Positions 61,366-64,000 of a stretch of DNA of 64,000 nucleotides are shown piece after piece. The stretch covers positions 832,711 to 896,710 of the forward strand of contig NW_003314301.1 of assembly GCF_000143415.4 (NCBI RefSeq), written 5' to 3'. Source of the DNA: Selaginella moellendorffii (Eukaryota > Plantae > Lycopodiophyta). The notes beneath the pieces are model-generated. The model was not told the DNA's origin. It was given only the letters and a program-made list of their open reading frames with translations, and made no database searches. The first letter of the stretch is position 1. Each line of letters opens with the position of its first letter. The position numbers and the translations under genes were made by a program.

Positions 61366-62563
61366 TTACGTATGGTCAGGCTTCATGAACTTTGCGTGAA
61401 CCCAGACTCGCTTCATAGGAACTTTAGTTTTGTGATTCACCAGCTTAATGCAGCAGTACTCCAGTTCAACCTGGAAAAAGAACAGACAGAATAAAAATAA
61501 CAAGGAAACAAGCCTCGTTTTACCTCGAGCAGTCCAGCACCCGTAAAGAGATCACGCACGGCTTCGCATGAGAAGAAATACGACAAGGTACCATCGAAAC
61601 GGCGATAGCAATTAGCAGCTACTTTTTGGTCTGCTGGAAATCTCAACATCGTCATGTCATACAAGCCTGTAGGCTTGCCACCGTGAGTCTTACTATTTCA
61701 CGGAGAAATAGCATACCATAATCTCGAAAGAGAAGCATTCCACCGGGTCGGAGTACAGAGCAACATTCCTTGAGAAGGTTGCTCATTTGATCCAGATCTG
61801 CCAGCGCGGAAAGAGAGAAAATCTGAAAAGACAAATCAGTTTTAATTGCAAGACAATTTCAGGCTTACCAGCGTGATGAAATCTGCTCCTCCTTCGCAGC
61901 AGCTTACAAGGGAGCTCTTGATACCAAAGTCGGAGGCTCGACAGGCGTCACAAGCCAGCCACGCCGGAAGTGCCTCGCAGGAAGGATCGCAAACAAAAGT
62001 CCAAAGCCTCGACTTTGCTTGCTCATTCAAAGCTTTCTCTCCCATTTTGTTTGTGAGGCTCACGGCAGCCTCACTGAGGTCGCAAGCATACACTCTCGCG
62101 GTTGTTGTTGCTCTAGAACAAAATACGTCCTTCAGTAAGAGGGAATAGCAAACAACAACAAACCTCAGGATCGGAATGGCCGAACTTCCAGCTCCACATC
62201 CAACCTCCAGAACAGTGAACTCTTGATTAGATCTTCCAAGCTCAGGGAACTCTTTGAGAAGATACCTACGTTCCTGCAATGTGGAAAGCCCGTAAGGCAA
62301 CAGTGCAGTGCTGATGCTTACTTTAAAGAAGATGCCTTGAGAGTGTCGGCTGTGAAACTTCTCCCATGCCAAGGCTGCAGTACAGGCATGCTCGCTAGAA
62401 ATTGCCTTCTCTTCTACGCGAGCCAAATCCTAGTCAAAGAGAACAAGCCATTGATCAGTAAAAGGAAACAATATAATGTAAGCCCAACCTGTGCGCTCTC
62501 CACCTCTTCGCGCAGATCATTCCAATCAAAATCCTTGGAGTAGTACGCGACTTCTTCTTCCAT
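61366..62563 (-). CDS. METTL6/Trm140-like tRNA N3-methylcytidine methyltransferase, multi-exon
   Basis: MEEEVAYYSKDFDW, WEKFHSRH..FFK/ERRYLLKEFPEL, LEVGCGAG, VYACDLS, LRPGGMLLFRDYG/LYDMTMLRF, DGTLSYFF, MKRVWVHAKF. Confidence 0.88.
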
Positions 62564-62636
62564 GAGACCTAAAACGAGAGGCCAAATAAGAGTTGAATTC
62601 AACCGTTAGTTAATGTTACAAAAAATATAGTTTTAG

Positions 62637-64000
62637 TCAATCGCTCCAATTGTCCTCGTCGGCTTGCACTTGAGCCGCAATAGTCCCAAGAGCTTCGTCC
62701 TGAAAGAAAAAATCGCATCGATATCTCCTGTTTTTCACCACAAAGATGCCGTGCTCACCTCGGAAACCGACTGTTCTGGAGACCAAACGAGTATTCTACG
62801 ATCATTGCTTCCGCTGTAGAGTTCCTGGGAGAAACAAAAGTATAGCTTCTCGAGGAAACAGAGAAACGATATCATACCTGTGATTGACTGTGATAAGCAC
62901 AGCACTTTACAAGTTCATAGTGTCCTTTTAAGGTGGAAAGCAAGCGACCGCTCAACATATCGTACACCTGAAAATAGAGAATTATTCCGAATAGAGGGAT
63001 AGGATACGTCGTACCTGTATCGAGGTTAGACATGGAACGAACACCAGTGGCTTGTCTCCAGAGACCTCAAGTTCGCACGTCAGGTTTCCATTTATGTTTG
63101 TTGCCTCGTAATTCACAAGAGTATTGCAGCCCCTTTCTATGTCCCATAGCTTGACTCTGGAATCACTGCCTGGCACATTGTGTTCTTATGATTTTCGAAA
63201 GTAAAGAAACAAAACAAACGAAGCCGTACCCGCACTAAGAAGGTAGTGTCCGTCGCGGCTTGTCTGGAGCGATGTCACTGTGCCATAGTGCGCCGTGGAA
63301 CGGTCCAGAGCCGAAGTCAAGCCTGGATGAACTCGTCCAGGAGTGGCATCCTTAGAAGTTTTCGCTGCTCTACTGATTTCAGTGGCTTCAAAAAGTAGAC
63401 AAAACAAAAGAGAACGAGAAGGAAACAATTACCTTCCTGAGAAGCAGAAGAACGATGCTGGTCAAGAACATAGAAGCAACCCGCACGTCTTATGTCCCAC
63501 AACCGGATCGCACCGTCACAACCTCCGGAAATTAAAATCCATTCGGAAGATGCAGACCATTTCACCGCCCAAACAGCATCTGCAAGTACAGGAAAGGTTT
63601 TGCAGGGACAAACACAATCTCGAATACCTCGGTGAGCGCTAAGGGTGTGGGTGAAAGCACCAGAAGATATATCGCAAAGCCTTATGCGATAGTCCTCCGT
63701 GCCTGTAGCTATAAGCATGTGAGTCGTAGAAACGGGTGACATGCTTACACCGAAAACCTTCCCTGGCATTTTGAATTGCATCAGCACCTACAAAAGAACG
63801 ATTCAGTGAATCAGAAACCAACAAAGAAAAGGTCTCCAACCTCGAGAGTGTTTGCATCCCAAACATTTATATGCTTGTCGAACGAGCCAGAGATAAAAAT
63901 TCCAGTGTCCACTGGATACCATCGAACTGATGAAACGGAGTACCTATGGGCTTTGTCAATAGAAAAGAGAGCTTCGTGCTTTTGAGAGTAATGCTCCACC
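62637..64000 (-). CDS. CSA: CSA/ERCC8-like WD40 DNA-repair protein (5' part outside window), multi-exon
   Basis: [66 protein letters not shown]-terminal DEDNWSD*. Confidence 0.9.

Overview
Eukaryotic land-plant DNA with compact genes and 46-70 nt introns. A lycophyte such as Selaginella is my inference, not something the sequence shows. The window is a segmentally duplicated immune/oxylipin-type cluster. It holds three 3-exon RPW8-like-NB-ARC-LRR genes (9784-12647 and 24583-27844 intact; 41240-44601 frameshifted near its 3' end) and two decayed NLR copies. It also holds two intact CYP94-like P450s, a METTL6-like tRNA methyltransferase (one intact, one broken) and the 3' part of a CSA/ERCC8 WD40 gene. 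Between them are duplicated fragments of ZIP4/SPO22, thymidylate kinase, an amino-acid transporter and a PLS-class PPR gene. Two Ty3/gypsy elements are inserted. The most unusual is a full-length chromovirus (48935-56279, CATAC target-site duplication). Its integrase is split by two apparently spliceosomal GT-AG introns, and upstream of its polypurine tract lies a covarying, tRNA-T-arm-containing RNA structure shared with the non-coding LTR element it is nested in. The second element (35648-40571) is an inverted gypsy/TRIM composite with two U5-type ends.
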